The notes under the pieces are model-generated. The model saw only the letters and a program-made list of their open reading frames with translations. It was not told the DNA's origin and ran no database searches. Below, in pieces: positions 44,878 through 53,762 of a DNA stretch of 64,000 nt. Position 1 is the stretch's first letter, and each line of letters opens with the position of its first letter. Made by a program: the position numbers and the translations under genes. The stretch comes from a virus. Location of the stretch: positions 138,924 through 202,923 of IMG/VR virus record IMGVR_UViG_3300036772_000425. The stretch is one strand, 5' to 3'.

Positions 44878-45146
44878 CGTTTGAAGCTGCGATGACCGGA
44901 AGAATTGCGAGCCTCGATGATCTTGTCTGCGCGCCGCAACGACCTGAAATGCTTCCTGACCTCTGAGATTGAATGCATGCTCAGGTTGGGATAGTTCCCA
45001 CGAACTGTTGGAATTCCTTGCTGAGCTAACATCCGATACAACTCATATTCATGTTCTCGAGCAGATCGAGAGAGTTCAACTTCGTCCGGGCTTCTTTCGG
45101 CAGGCGCAACCTCGTCCTGTTTCTCGGCGACGGGTTCTGCCTTCAC
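44829..45146 (-). CDS. hypothetical basic protein (105 aa)
   Basis: ATGA overlap with AAA+ ATPase stop. Confidence 0.5.
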   Translation of the reverse strand: MKAEPVAEKQDEVAPAERSPDEVELSRSAREHEYELYRMLAQQGIPTVRGNYPNLSMHSISEVRKHFRSLRRADKIIEARNSSGHRSFKRWQALRKQVLGKGYKT

Positions 45147-46525
45147 CCGTCGCCGGCGAGAGGGACCGGTTCGGTGTCAGGGGCATCGTCGTCCAACAGA
45201 TCGCCGATGGGCACCGAGGCGGTCGCTGCAGGAACAGCTCCGGAAGCGACAGCGGCCATCGCTTCCAGTTCACGTGCCCGTTCCAGCAAGACCATCATCC
45301 GGTTGATGTCACGATGATCTTCATCATCGTCACCGGAGAGCTCGTTGACCCTCTCCGTCAGCTCGACCATCGATCGTGAAGCTTCATCAGGGTCCATGAA
45401 CTTCCGACGCTTCACGTACTCGTTGATGAAAGCAATGGGCCAGTCCTTGACCAGCTCGAAAGCATCATCGTACTCGTCAAGGACATGGTGCACCACCTCA
45501 GCGTCCATCTTGTCGATGCAGACCAGTTCATCGATCCGGCCCGGTCGCTTCAGCGCAGTCTCCAACCGACCGCGGTTGTTGACGGTGGTGAAGATCAGCT
45601 TCACCTTCTCCTGGAAGAACTCCATGGTTTCCAGGAGGTCGCCCTGCGCATGGGCCCGATCGAAGTCGTCCATGATGACCACGTCAGGTTCGAAGATGTT
45701 GATAGCCTCGAACAGGGTCCCGTTGTCCAGACTCTGGAGGTCTGAGATCCGGATCCGGAAGCTCCGGAGGCCCATCAGCTCCACGATGGTCCGGGCCAGG
45801 GTCGATTTACCGGTCCCGGGCGGACCGTAGAACATCACGGACCTGCTGACGCCCTCAGCCAGTGGTCGCTTCAGGTACTCTGCGTAGCTGACGGCGCGGG
45901 CGGAGAGCTTCGACTGGAAATCATCGTCGATCTCGAAGATGATGTGCTCCTCGGCACGGGACGTGAACATGCCCGACCGATCGCTCTTCCGCATCAACAA
46001 CGATTTTCCAGAAAACTGCTCCCACAGCTGGGCCTTGATGTAGGCCCGGGCTGCGTCCAGGTGTTGAGCGTCCACGTAGATCCGTTCCACGTTCTGCTGG
46101 CGCCCACGGTAGGTCCAGCCGCACCGGATCCCACCGGGCAGGGTGCAGATCCGGATGAAGGTATGCTCTTCCGAGGTCTTGAAGCGCTCGTACGGATGAC
46201 GGACGAGGACGCTGAGCAAGGTTTGGGTGAAATCTGAGCTGTATGCCTCGCACCACTCACTGGTGGCGAAGTAGTCCTCCGACCACACCTCGGAATCCTC
46301 GACCATGATCTTTCCCATGCCGAAGATCGACTGGGCTCCCGCCCACCAGGTCGGCTTCTCCAGGAAGGGCGACATGGCACCGAACAGTTCGGTGCCAAGG
46401 ACGAACAACCGTTTCACGCGGGTGCTGCTCAGGTACAGCTGCACCTGTCGCAGGAAAGGCGCTTCAGTGTTCACCATGAGGTGAGGATCCTGGTTCGGAT
46501 CCATTGGAACTCGATTCTTCTTCAT
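45143..46525 (-). CDS. AAA+ ATPase (460 aa)
   Basis: Walker A FYGPPGTGKSTLARTIV, Walker B VVIMDDFDRA, sensor/Arg finger region LKRPGRIDE; large N-terminal non-ATPase domain. Confidence 0.85.
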   Translation of the reverse strand: MKKNRVPMDPNQDPHLMVNTEAPFLRQVQLYLSSTRVKRLFVLGTELFGAMSPFLEKPTWWAGAQSIFGMGKIMVEDSEVWSEDYFATSEWCEAYSSDFTQTLLSVLVRHPYERFKTSEEHTFIRICTLPGGIRCGWTYRGRQQNVERIYVDAQHLDAARAYIKAQLWEQFSGKSLLMRKSDRSGMFTSRAEEHIIFEIDDDFQSKLSARAVSYAEYLKRPLAEGVSRSVMFYGPPGTGKSTLARTIVELMGLRSFRIRISDLQSLDNGTLFEAINIFEPDVVIMDDFDRAHAQGDLLETMEFFQEKVKLIFTTVNNRGRLETALKRPGRIDELVCIDKMDAEVVHHVLDEYDDAFELVKDWPIAFINEYVKRRKFMDPDEASRSMVELTERVNELSGDDDEDHRDINRMMVLLERARELEAMAAVASGAVPAATASVPIGDLLDDDAPDTEPVPLAGDG

Positions 46526-46557
46526 CCCTTGCCTTTCGGGCAGTTGGCGACCGTGAC

Positions 46558-47238
46558 CTAGAAATCGATCGGTTGGGCATCGTACGATGCCGCACGACCC
46601 AACGAGAACTCACCGTTGCTCCTGTCGCACAGGAGCTCGACAGACTGTTCGATGATCCCTTGCCGCCGTGCAGCGAACTGCAGGCTGCGGCTCGCGGCCC
46701 ACAGGACACGTGGGTTGGGCATCTCCCCCACACGCTTCTGGCACCTGAAGAAACCCTTCTTGGCGTCCTTCACCATCCACCATCCGCCGGTGTGGTCCTG
46801 AGATTCGTATCCCTGCTTGAGGAAATCGTCCACTCCTTGGCGCAACGGTAGCGGGACGGTGAGCCACAGTTTCTCATGCTTCACGCATGTCACCACGTAG
46901 TCGATGAAATCCTTCCAGGCCCGGTGCTGGCGGTCCCACTCCCTCTCGGGATCCTCGTAGAACCCGATGCAGGATTCCATGAAGACCTTCGGCCCGCACA
47001 CGATACCAACCTCGATCCCTTCCGGGAAGGGACTGTCAGCCCTATGTGACTCATTGCGCATGTGAAGGACATGGAGGATGGGTCGTCCGCAGCAGGCACA
47101 CCTGCTGTTCCCGTAGTGGAAACCGCTGATGGTCCATGACCCAGCCTCGATCAGGGATCGAAAGTTCTTTCCAGAACCTGTGTAGTGCTTGCCCGCCGCC
47201 GCGGCGACCAGCACGTCATGCTGCTGCTTGGACTCCAT
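46558..47238 (-). CDS. hypothetical Cys/His-rich protein (226 aa)
   Basis: ORF track; CACCGRP, C..C motifs. Confidence 0.55.
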   Translation of the reverse strand: MESKQQHDVLVAAAAGKHYTGSGKNFRSLIEAGSWTISGFHYGNSRCACCGRPILHVLHMRNESHRADSPFPEGIEVGIVCGPKVFMESCIGFYEDPEREWDRQHRAWKDFIDYVVTCVKHEKLWLTVPLPLRQGVDDFLKQGYESQDHTGGWWMVKDAKKGFFRCQKRVGEMPNPRVLWAASRSLQFAARRQGIIEQSVELLCDRSNGEFSLGRAASYDAQPIDF

Positions 47239-47243
47239 GTTCT

Positions 47244-47978
47244 TTACCTCGTCTCGAAGGCGAGCGCCAACTGCAGGCCCTCACTGTTGCACGGGTGTCC
47301 CTCAGAGTACCAATACTCAATGCGGCCGCGGTTGGACACGGTGACGATCGATGATGACAAGGTGCCCGACCCACCATCGGGTTCGTGCGCGCATACCGAG
47401 TGTCGGGTACCCAGGTCATGGCCGTGCGATGCCAGGAGCTCGTAGAGCCTGTCCACGATGGGATCGATCCCATCGCTTTCAGAGACTGCACCGGCGGCGC
47501 GCCACTGCGTGTCCCAGGCCTTCTGTGAATCCGGATCGAACCGACGGTTGGTGATCACGTGGGTGCCCGGATGCAACTCCTCCTTGTACCGGTTGTCGCT
47601 CATGATGAAGCGCTCCATCCTGCACGGCATGCCGTAGATCAGCTCGAACTTGCCGAACTCCTTGGCCCCCAGGCTCGCGCAGTAGTTCTGGACTCCGTAC
47701 ACGGTGCCGATGCTGAGCACGTCGGTGATCAGTTTGCCGCGGGAGCGTTCGCCGGGCGGCGAGCTCCAATCATCCTCGACCACGTTGGTCAGGGCAGCGA
47801 AGAACCCATCCCGATTGATCGCGAACCACGTACCGTCGGCGTCCAGATCCCACGGTCTGGCGATCCCATCGACCAGGGTGGGTCGACCCGTCCGCCTGCC
47901 GAACCGTTCATCACGGTTCCCAGCGACGACGAGCGGGTACCCAGGGACGATATCGTTCAGCACGATCAGTGTGCACAT
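47244..47978 (-). CDS. TANGO2/NRDE-family protein (DUF833)
   Basis: N-terminal MCTLIV...VVAGNRDE hallmark of NRDE/TANGO2 family. Confidence 0.75.
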   Translation of the reverse strand: MCTLIVLNDIVPGYPLVVAGNRDERFGRRTGRPTLVDGIARPWDLDADGTWFAINRDGFFAALTNVVEDDWSSPPGERSRGKLITDVLSIGTVYGVQNYCASLGAKEFGKFELIYGMPCRMERFIMSDNRYKEELHPGTHVITNRRFDPDSQKAWDTQWRAAGAVSESDGIDPIVDRLYELLASHGHDLGTRHSVCAHEPDGGSGTLSSSIVTVSNRGRIEYWYSEGHPCNSEGLQLALAFETR

Positions 47979-47998
47979 GGATCACCCGTCCTCATTCC

Positions 47999-48178
47999 TT
48001 GCACAGGCACCGCCGGACAAAGATGCCCCAGAACAGGAGGACGGTGACGATGGACAGCTGGACGACGGGTCCGAACACGTCGTACGCCACGATGCTGGCG
48101 ACGGCGAGGAACGCCGCACCGCCCCACATCAGCGCCTCTGCCTGCTCGAACGTCAGCACCCGAAACCTCATGCTGTTC
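47999..48178 (-). CDS. small membrane protein (59 aa)
   Basis: manual translation MRFRVLTFEQAEALMWGGAAFLAVASIVAYDVFGPVVQLSIVTVLLFWGIFVRRCLCKE; below track cutoff. Confidence 0.3.
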
Positions 48179-48368
48179 CTCCTCGTTCTTCCAGATGTTT
48201 CAGGATGACCTTCAGCTGCTCGTGCGCCGGGTTGTGCGCCACCTCGAACTTCTCGGTGAAGCCCATGAGCACGTAGATCCGATCGATCCCACCTGCGAAC
48301 GCGTCCATCTCTGCCAGGGCCATCCTCAGCTGCGTCCGGGTGAATGCAATGCGACGTTCAGGTGTCAT
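48168..48368 (-). CDS. hypothetical protein (66 aa)
   Basis: ORF track; overlaps neighbours. Confidence 0.4.
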   Translation of the reverse strand: MTPERRIAFTRTQLRMALAEMDAFAGGIDRIYVLMGFTEKFEVAHNPAHEQLKVILKHLEERGGTA

Positions 48369-49302
48369 ACGCCTCCATCAACCGCCTGCCGAGCCTCTTC
48401 AGGTACCGTGGACCGTACTTCGGGTTGCCTTGAGCCTCCAGGTCCCGTTCCAGGAACTTGGGCAGGACCTCATCCTGGTGCCTGCATGAGGCGATACCCC
48501 AGGCGACGGCCGCAACGGAGTCAGTGTCACCGCCCCATTCGATCACCTTCCTCATGATGCCCATGAGGGACGTTTCCTGCCGCAGCAAGGTACACACTGC
48601 CCAGGCGGTGTTCATGCCCACGTCGTACCCACCTTCCTTGCTCCGATCCACCCGGCCCTCCCAGGGGGTGCTCAGGAATTCGAGCCCATGGAGGTGTTGG
48701 TTCATCCAACCCAGGCACTCCGAGAATTCGAGCGATTCGTAGAGTGCAAAGTGGCTCAGCATGGCCACGATGATGGCGCTCTCGCAGCCTTCCTGGGTGT
48801 TGTGCGTCACCGCAGCCTGCTCACGGGCCGCAGTGATCACCATGTTGGGTGAGAACAGGACGCCGAGCGGGACCGCGCGCATGGCGGCACCGTTCTTCGT
48901 GGAATTCGGGATGATCCTGCGGCGCATGTCCTCGTGCGAGGTGGACTCCTCCAGGATCTTCTGGAACCCTCGGCTGTACCCGTCGCGCGGATCCCGCTTG
49001 AAGGCGTTGAAGAAGTGCGGATAGTAGTTCTCCTTCTGCAGGAAGTACGGGTACGAATGCCTGTGCGTCTTGGTCCCCGAGCTCAGCAACAGGAGGTCAG
49101 CGATGGCCAAACTCATCTGGCAATCGTCTGTGTACATTCCGGGTCGAAGCTTCAAGTGTGTTGGATGTTGTTGGTACGAATCAAAACGTTCGACAGCTGC
49201 GAAAAGCTTTGGGTGTTCTTCACGCTTCACGTACTCAACGGCTGACGCAAAAGCGTCAGCCTGAGCGATCCTGAGCAGCATGTTGTCGTTTGGGTTCTTC
49301 AT
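48358..49302 (-). CDS. ADP-ribosylglycohydrolase (ARH/DraG family)
   Basis: N-terminal LLRIAQADAFASAVEYV and C-terminal GGDTDSVAAVAWGIA motifs typical of ARH fold. Confidence 0.8.
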   Translation of the reverse strand: MKNPNDNMLLRIAQADAFASAVEYVKREEHPKLFAAVERFDSYQQHPTHLKLRPGMYTDDCQMSLAIADLLLLSSGTKTHRHSYPYFLQKENYYPHFFNAFKRDPRDGYSRGFQKILEESTSHEDMRRRIIPNSTKNGAAMRAVPLGVLFSPNMVITAAREQAAVTHNTQEGCESAIIVAMLSHFALYESLEFSECLGWMNQHLHGLEFLSTPWEGRVDRSKEGGYDVGMNTAWAVCTLLRQETSLMGIMRKVIEWGGDTDSVAAVAWGIASCRHQDEVLPKFLERDLEAQGNPKYGPRYLKRLGRRLMEAYDT

Positions 49303-49314
49303 CTAATGCTCCAT

Positions 49315-49782
49315 TCAACGTGGCAGCTGGCGATCGTTGTACGCGTCGGCGAAATCCGCCATGGAATCGGCCGTGTCCCGGATGTCACACAGGAGTTGGA
49401 TCCCGAACCTGATGGCAGGCACGAATGGGCGCAGGACGAGCCTGACCTTGGAGCTGGATTCGACGATCCGGTCCAGGTCGTCCGAGTCCAGGTGCACCGT
49501 CCGCCGGTCGCGGTTCCGCCGGTACAGGGTGATGACCTGCGCGGTCACTGTCAACCCCTCCAGGAACCCGTAGCGTTCGTCCCACGCCTCGTTGCATGTA
49601 TCGCAGGGACTCTCGAAGACCTGTTCCGTCGGAGAGTCGAACTCGTTCTGACCGAACCGGACGGTCCCGGTGCAGGAGGTGCCGGCGCAGCACGAATCCC
49701 GTCCGCAGCAGCCCGGAAAGGACAGGTGGGTCCGGTACTGACCTGCGTAGAGCTTACGTAACTTCTGGTTTGCTGGGTCCAT
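49315..49782 (-). CDS. hypothetical Cys-rich protein (155 aa)
   Basis: ORF track; CCGRDSCCAGTSC. Confidence 0.5.
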   Translation of the reverse strand: MDPANQKLRKLYAGQYRTHLSFPGCCGRDSCCAGTSCTGTVRFGQNEFDSPTEQVFESPCDTCNEAWDERYGFLEGLTVTAQVITLYRRNRDRRTVHLDSDDLDRIVESSSKVRLVLRPFVPAIRFGIQLLCDIRDTADSMADFADAYNDRQLPR

Positions 49783-50377
49783 GTTTTTCCTTGCGCGCCC
49801 TCAGACGTGAGATGATACGATCACGGTACTTGGTCGTGGTCCGGACCTCGTTGTTGAGGACGGAAGCCTTCTCAAAGAAGTACAGCTCGTCGCGGCCTTC
49901 AGCACGGCCAGCAGCGGTGTGGTGATCCAGGGCGTAATCAGGGATGCAGAACCCGGGCCCGGTGCCCTCGATGCGCTGCAGCATGTCAGTCAGCATCTCA
50001 TCGACGAGCCGTGACTTGGAGCTGCGCGCCAGGTACACCGCCACGAAGCTGACGACCAACTTCCCACCCACGTACCCGGGCGGGAGGCTGTCGAAGAAGC
50101 GCCGGCAGTTCATCACCGTGTTGATGGCGTTCGGGTCGGCGATCCCTACGTCCTCCAGTGCACAGATCGTAAGTGATTCCCACATGAAATCCACGGCCTC
50201 GGCGCCCGACACCAGCATCTGGTTGGCCCAATGGAGCGCGTTCTCCTCGTTTCCGAGGCGAATCTCCTTGATCAGGGCTGACAGGACCTCCGCCAGGATG
50301 TAGCGCCCGTCTGGCGTGGTGCTCCTGTTCCAGTCGGGCCGTCGGGATGCCTGCGTTTTGAAGACGATGTTGTTCAT
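49754..50377 (-). CDS. MgsA/WRNIP1 C-terminal-domain-only protein (no AAA+ module)
   Basis: ALHWANQMLVSGAEAVDFMWESLTICALEDVGIADPNAINTV matches MgsA C-domain ALYWLARMLEAGEDP...ASEDIGLADPQAL; no Walker motifs. Confidence 0.55.
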   Translation of the reverse strand: MNNIVFKTQASRRPDWNRSTTPDGRYILAEVLSALIKEIRLGNEENALHWANQMLVSGAEAVDFMWESLTICALEDVGIADPNAINTVMNCRRFFDSLPPGYVGGKLVVSFVAVYLARSSKSRLVDEMLTDMLQRIEGTGPGFCIPDYALDHHTAAGRAEGRDELYFFEKASVLNNEVRTTTKYRDRIISRLRARKEKHGPSKPEVT

Positions 50378-50694
50378 AGACGACCCTTATTGCTGAAGAC
50401 GAAGAAGGGTCGGGTGCTCTCGTTGTAGGCGGGCTTGTCGTAGTCCACTTGCCAGCCCGCCGCCCTGTACAGGTCCTCCACATCGAGGAGGTGACGCTTG
50501 TAGATCTCGTCCTTGGTCAGGTGCATGCGTTCTGAGACCAGCTGTGCAGCCTCGTCCTGTTGGACGCAGGCGCTGTTGTTTGACCATTCCTTGGCGATCA
50601 GCTCGTTGAAGACCTGGATGATCTCATCCGGGATGTTCTGCGCCCTGGTCTGCTTGATCTCTGCGGGCGTGATGGGCTTGACGTTCCTGCTCAC
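50374..50694 (-). CDS. hypothetical protein (106 aa)
   Basis: ATGA overlap. Confidence 0.45.
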   Translation of the reverse strand: MSRNVKPITPAEIKQTRAQNIPDEIIQVFNELIAKEWSNNSACVQQDEAAQLVSERMHLTKDEIYKRHLLDVEDLYRAAGWQVDYDKPAYNESTRPFFVFSNKGRL

Positions 50695-50948
50695 TGTTCT
50701 GACCTTTCGTAGATGACCGCATTGTCCCAGCGCCGGATCGGGTAGCTCCGTTCCAGCCTCCCTCGGTTCCGTTCCCAGTGCCTGACGTTGTCGGGTGATA
50801 CCGGTTCCGGTTTGACCAACAACCGAGCGTCGTTCCCCTCGATCACCTGGGTGATGGTGGCGAGGCGCATGTAGGTGCTGCTCCCGTAACGTTGCGGGTA
50901 GGCAATGCGGTCACCCACCCGGAACTGCTTGCCGGTCACGTCGTTCAT
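50691..50948 (-). CDS. KOW-like small protein (85 aa)
   Basis: internal Met; KQFRVGDRIAYPQRYGSSTYMRLATITQV. Confidence 0.4.
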   Translation of the reverse strand: MNDVTGKQFRVGDRIAYPQRYGSSTYMRLATITQVIEGNDARLLVKPEPVSPDNVRHWERNRGRLERSYPIRRWDNAVIYERSEQ

Positions 50949-51056
50949 CCTCAGCCGTTCCTTGCCTGCAAGGCGATGGTCAGGACGGCGACGAAAACAG
51001 CAGGTGCCAGGCACAGCATGCCGAACCAGAAATTGCTCATCTCAGTGGATCCTCTT

Positions 51057-51371
51057 TCATCCCCAGCGTTTGTGGGGAACCCTGTTCTGCTCAACTGTGC
51101 CGGCGAGGGCTTCGTTGAGGCACTCGGCCGCACTTTCCAAGGGATCTTGGCTGCGGCTGAGACGGTTGTACTTCCAGCCCTGCGTTTTTCGATCCGCATC
51201 GTTGCAGATCGTTGCGAGCTGTTCGTCGAGCCATGCTCCGACAGACAGGGTGAGCCTCATGCTTGCACCCATGGCGTAGTTCTCAGGCCGGCCGACGAAC
51301 CAGGGCGCAAGGAGCCGATCCATGTCGGGCACGACGCTGTCGTTGACCAGGGTTCCGGTCCAGCGGATCAC
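51057..51371 (-). CDS. hypothetical protein (104 aa)
   Basis: ORF track. Confidence 0.45.
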   Translation of the reverse strand: MIRWTGTLVNDSVVPDMDRLLAPWFVGRPENYAMGASMRLTLSVGAWLDEQLATICNDADRKTQGWKYNRLSRSQDPLESAAECLNEALAGTVEQNRVPHKRWG

Positions 51372-51607
51372 TCGGGTGATTCCTCGAAGATCTCGTTGTC
51401 AACCTGCACCGCGATCGCCTGGAGCTCGTACGCCTCCAGCACGGCGATGAACCTGTTCGTCTCCGCGGAGAACGTGACGTTGCCGGTGTAACCCGTGTTC
51501 CGTTTCCACGCGATCGCAGCTCGAAGCACGTCCTTCCCAGTCACCTTCTTTTCATGGAAGAAGCTCATTTGGACGATCCGCGATCGTAGGTTTCCATCCA
51601 GTCGCAC
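51368..51607 (-). CDS. hypothetical protein (79 aa)
   Basis: ATGA overlap. Confidence 0.45.
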   Translation of the reverse strand: MRLDGNLRSRIVQMSFFHEKKVTGKDVLRAAIAWKRNTGYTGNVTFSAETNRFIAVLEAYELQAIAVQVDNEIFEESPE

Positions 51608-51792
51608 AGCCTCTGCTGATCACCGCTCTGCAGCGCATCCCGAAGCTCGTCGGCCATCTGGCGCTCCTGCTTACGTGCATCGCTGTTGAACTTTGAGAGC
51701 CATGTGACAAGCTGTACGGTGCACGTGCTGGCGCCGATCATGAGGCTCAACAGGGCGAGGAGTTTCCCAACAATCACCTGCTCATCGTCCAC
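51565..51792 (-). CDS. small membrane protein (75 aa)
   Basis: ORF track; LLALLSLMIGASTCTVQLVTWL. Confidence 0.35.
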   Translation of the reverse strand: MDDEQVIVGKLLALLSLMIGASTCTVQLVTWLSKFNSDARKQERQMADELRDALQSGDQQRLCDWMETYDRGSSK

Positions 51793-51811
51793 CGTTACAC
51801 GGTGGATGTAT

Positions 51812-52114
51812 TCACAGTGCGTTCTTGTGCTGATTCAGAAGGTCGTCGTCCTCGTCGATGACCATGTCTGCGATGCGCTCGTCGAGCCGATCCTTCAGCC
51901 CACGGTCCAGCGATCCGAGCTCAGAATCGTTGAGGAGGCGGATCCTCTGCAGCTCCGGCAGGTCACCCTCGGTGAGGGCCACGTCGATCTGTTTCTTCAG
52001 CGCGCTGAGACGGTTCCGACGCCTGCTCGCCCGTGACAGGAAGAAGATGGTTGTGAAGAGGACGATGCTCGGGACGAGCACCCCTCCGAACCCGACGATG
52101 ATCTCCCATGTCAT
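51812..52114 (-). CDS. membrane protein (100 aa, N-terminal TM)
   Basis: ATGA overlap with HEG stop; MTWEIIVGFGGVLVPSIVLFTTIFFL. Confidence 0.5.
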   Translation of the reverse strand: MTWEIIVGFGGVLVPSIVLFTTIFFLSRASRRRNRLSALKKQIDVALTEGDLPELQRIRLLNDSELGSLDRGLKDRLDERIADMVIDEDDDLLNQHKNAL

Positions 52115-52821
52115 ACCTGCACCTCCGGGACCGTTACGTGCAACCAAGTTTTGCCTTTGATGATGCCAAGCACGGTGAGATCAGTCACCCCAAATTTCGC
52201 AGCATAGAAAATGCATGCTGATTTGATCGTTGGGAACTCATTGAAGCTAGTTTTCACCTCGATGACTTGTGTTGTTGTCAACTTTGAGAGATTCGATTTT
52301 TCACCTCGATTCAAGGGAGACGAACGCAACCCTGCTGAAATTCGCTGTCTAGTGTTATCAGAAACATTCGCTCCCCATCGTGGGTTCTTCTCTCCACACA
52401 TTTTCCCCTGAAGTGAAGAACTGATATTTGCTCGTTGTTCAGGTGAACGTTTCTTCCCCCAGGATGGGTGCTTGGAACCACGATGATCGTGTTTGCCCTT
52501 GTTGGCTTCAGACAACTTCTGACGGTGTTCTAGACTTTTTGGGACGCCCGCCCTCTGACCAGCACCACCAGGGTTTTTGTTAGCGCCCCAACCCTTGCTG
52601 GCTTCTGTTTTGAAATGACTGATCAGGAACTTTTCACACCGCAATGTGGTTTCATGTTCAAAAGACTCGAACATGATTGTTCTGTGACTGCCGTACAAGT
52701 TGACGTAGTAGTCATGTAAATCACTACGATGAAGTCCGTTAACTCGACCTCGAGTGCCTTTTCCAACGTAGAAAGGTCTGGGTTCTGGTTCATCTGTCCA
52801 GTCTACGTACACGTATAGCAT
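52111..52821 (-). CDS. GIY-YIG homing endonuclease with NUMOD3 repeats (copy 1)
   Basis: YVYVDWTDEPEPRPFYVGKGTRGRV GIY-YIG core; repeated G.KHS.E..KIS motifs; start set to Met aligned with copy 2 (track ORF extends to 52950 over Fpg gene). Confidence 0.7.
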   Translation of the reverse strand: MLYVYVDWTDEPEPRPFYVGKGTRGRVNGLHRSDLHDYYVNLYGSHRTIMFESFEHETTLRCEKFLISHFKTEASKGWGANKNPGGAGQRAGVPKSLEHRQKLSEANKGKHDHRGSKHPSWGKKRSPEQRANISSSLQGKMCGEKNPRWGANVSDNTRQRISAGLRSSPLNRGEKSNLSKLTTTQVIEVKTSFNEFPTIKSACIFYAAKFGVTDLTVLGIIKGKTWLHVTVPEVQV

Positions 52822-52822
52822 G

Positions 52823-53653
52823 CTACGTTTGACAAATACGACACCAATGTGTCGTTCGTCCATCTGCCGTGATCTCTCGTTCAACAGAATGTCCTTGTGC
52901 ATCACGATCTCGATCGTACACACGGAAGCCAAATTGAGCTTGGCCAGCACTGCCGTCCACGTTCTTGTATGAACGTAGCGTGGCTCCTTTTGATTCGTAT
53001 GAAGATCGCATCACATCGATCGTATGTTCATGAAGCAAGACAATTTCAGCCGCTGTCAGGCTATTCACAATTCGATGTGGTGAAATCCCACTACGATGTA
53101 TACATTCTGCCTTCACGTAATTGCCCACGCCGCTGACCACCGACTGGTCCATCAGGGCCTCCACGACCGTCTTCCCGTCACGGTGGTACAGGCGATCCAG
53201 GAACTCCAGCACAGTGGGTGGGGAGTTCAGCATGTCGGGGCCCAGTGTGCTCAGCTTCTTCGCCAGTGCCTCCCGGCCCTTGACGAACTTCAGGGTACCG
53301 AAGTGCCGCTGGTCGTTGAAGTGCACGCTGGGCATGCAATCTTCCAGAATGCCGACCCGGTCGGTGCCGTGGGTCACCGACAGCGCCGAGTGGGGCGACC
53401 GTGTGGGTTCCCACTGCCCTGACATCCCGTAGGTGCACCACAACGACCAGTCCGGACCCAACGTCCAGTACATGAACTTGCCCTTCACGTCGATGCCGCG
53501 GACGATGCTCGCCCCACGATCCTGCCGCATCTCGTGCATGAACTGTTCCAGGCCGTCGGGCTGCCTGTCACGGTACCGCCCTCCGGGCCGATCGATCGAC
53601 ACGATGCGGCGACCGACCAGGATCCCACGTAGCTGATCGCGGCTCCTGGCCAA
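52823..53653 (-). CDS. Fpg/Nei-family DNA glycosylase (N-terminus atypical/uncertain)
   Basis: H2TH motif DQSVVSGVGNYVKAECIHRSGISP and C-terminal CRIC zinc finger; TTG start in track; in-frame upstream codons encode PEGPELARS (PELPEVE-like) without an obvious start. Confidence 0.7.
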   Translation of the reverse strand: MARSRDQLRGILVGRRIVSIDRPGGRYRDRQPDGLEQFMHEMRQDRGASIVRGIDVKGKFMYWTLGPDWSLWCTYGMSGQWEPTRSPHSALSVTHGTDRVGILEDCMPSVHFNDQRHFGTLKFVKGREALAKKLSTLGPDMLNSPPTVLEFLDRLYHRDGKTVVEALMDQSVVSGVGNYVKAECIHRSGISPHRIVNSLTAAEIVLLHEHTIDVMRSSYESKGATLRSYKNVDGSAGQAQFGFRVYDRDRDAQGHSVEREITADGRTTHWCRICQT

Positions 53654-53732
53654 CTCAGGTCCCTCAGGCGTATCGTTACCCTCCTTCCTCTGTGCAGAAA
53701 ATTGTCGAACCCATGGTTGGGTGTCCCAGGCA

Positions 53733-53762
53733 AGGGTATCATATGATTGATGGAGGTTTCAC
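53733..53762 (-). promoter_or_regulatory. phage promoter GTGAAAC-N17-TACCCT upstream of Fpg/Nei gene
   Basis: motif on minus strand in divergent intergenic region. Confidence 0.4.
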
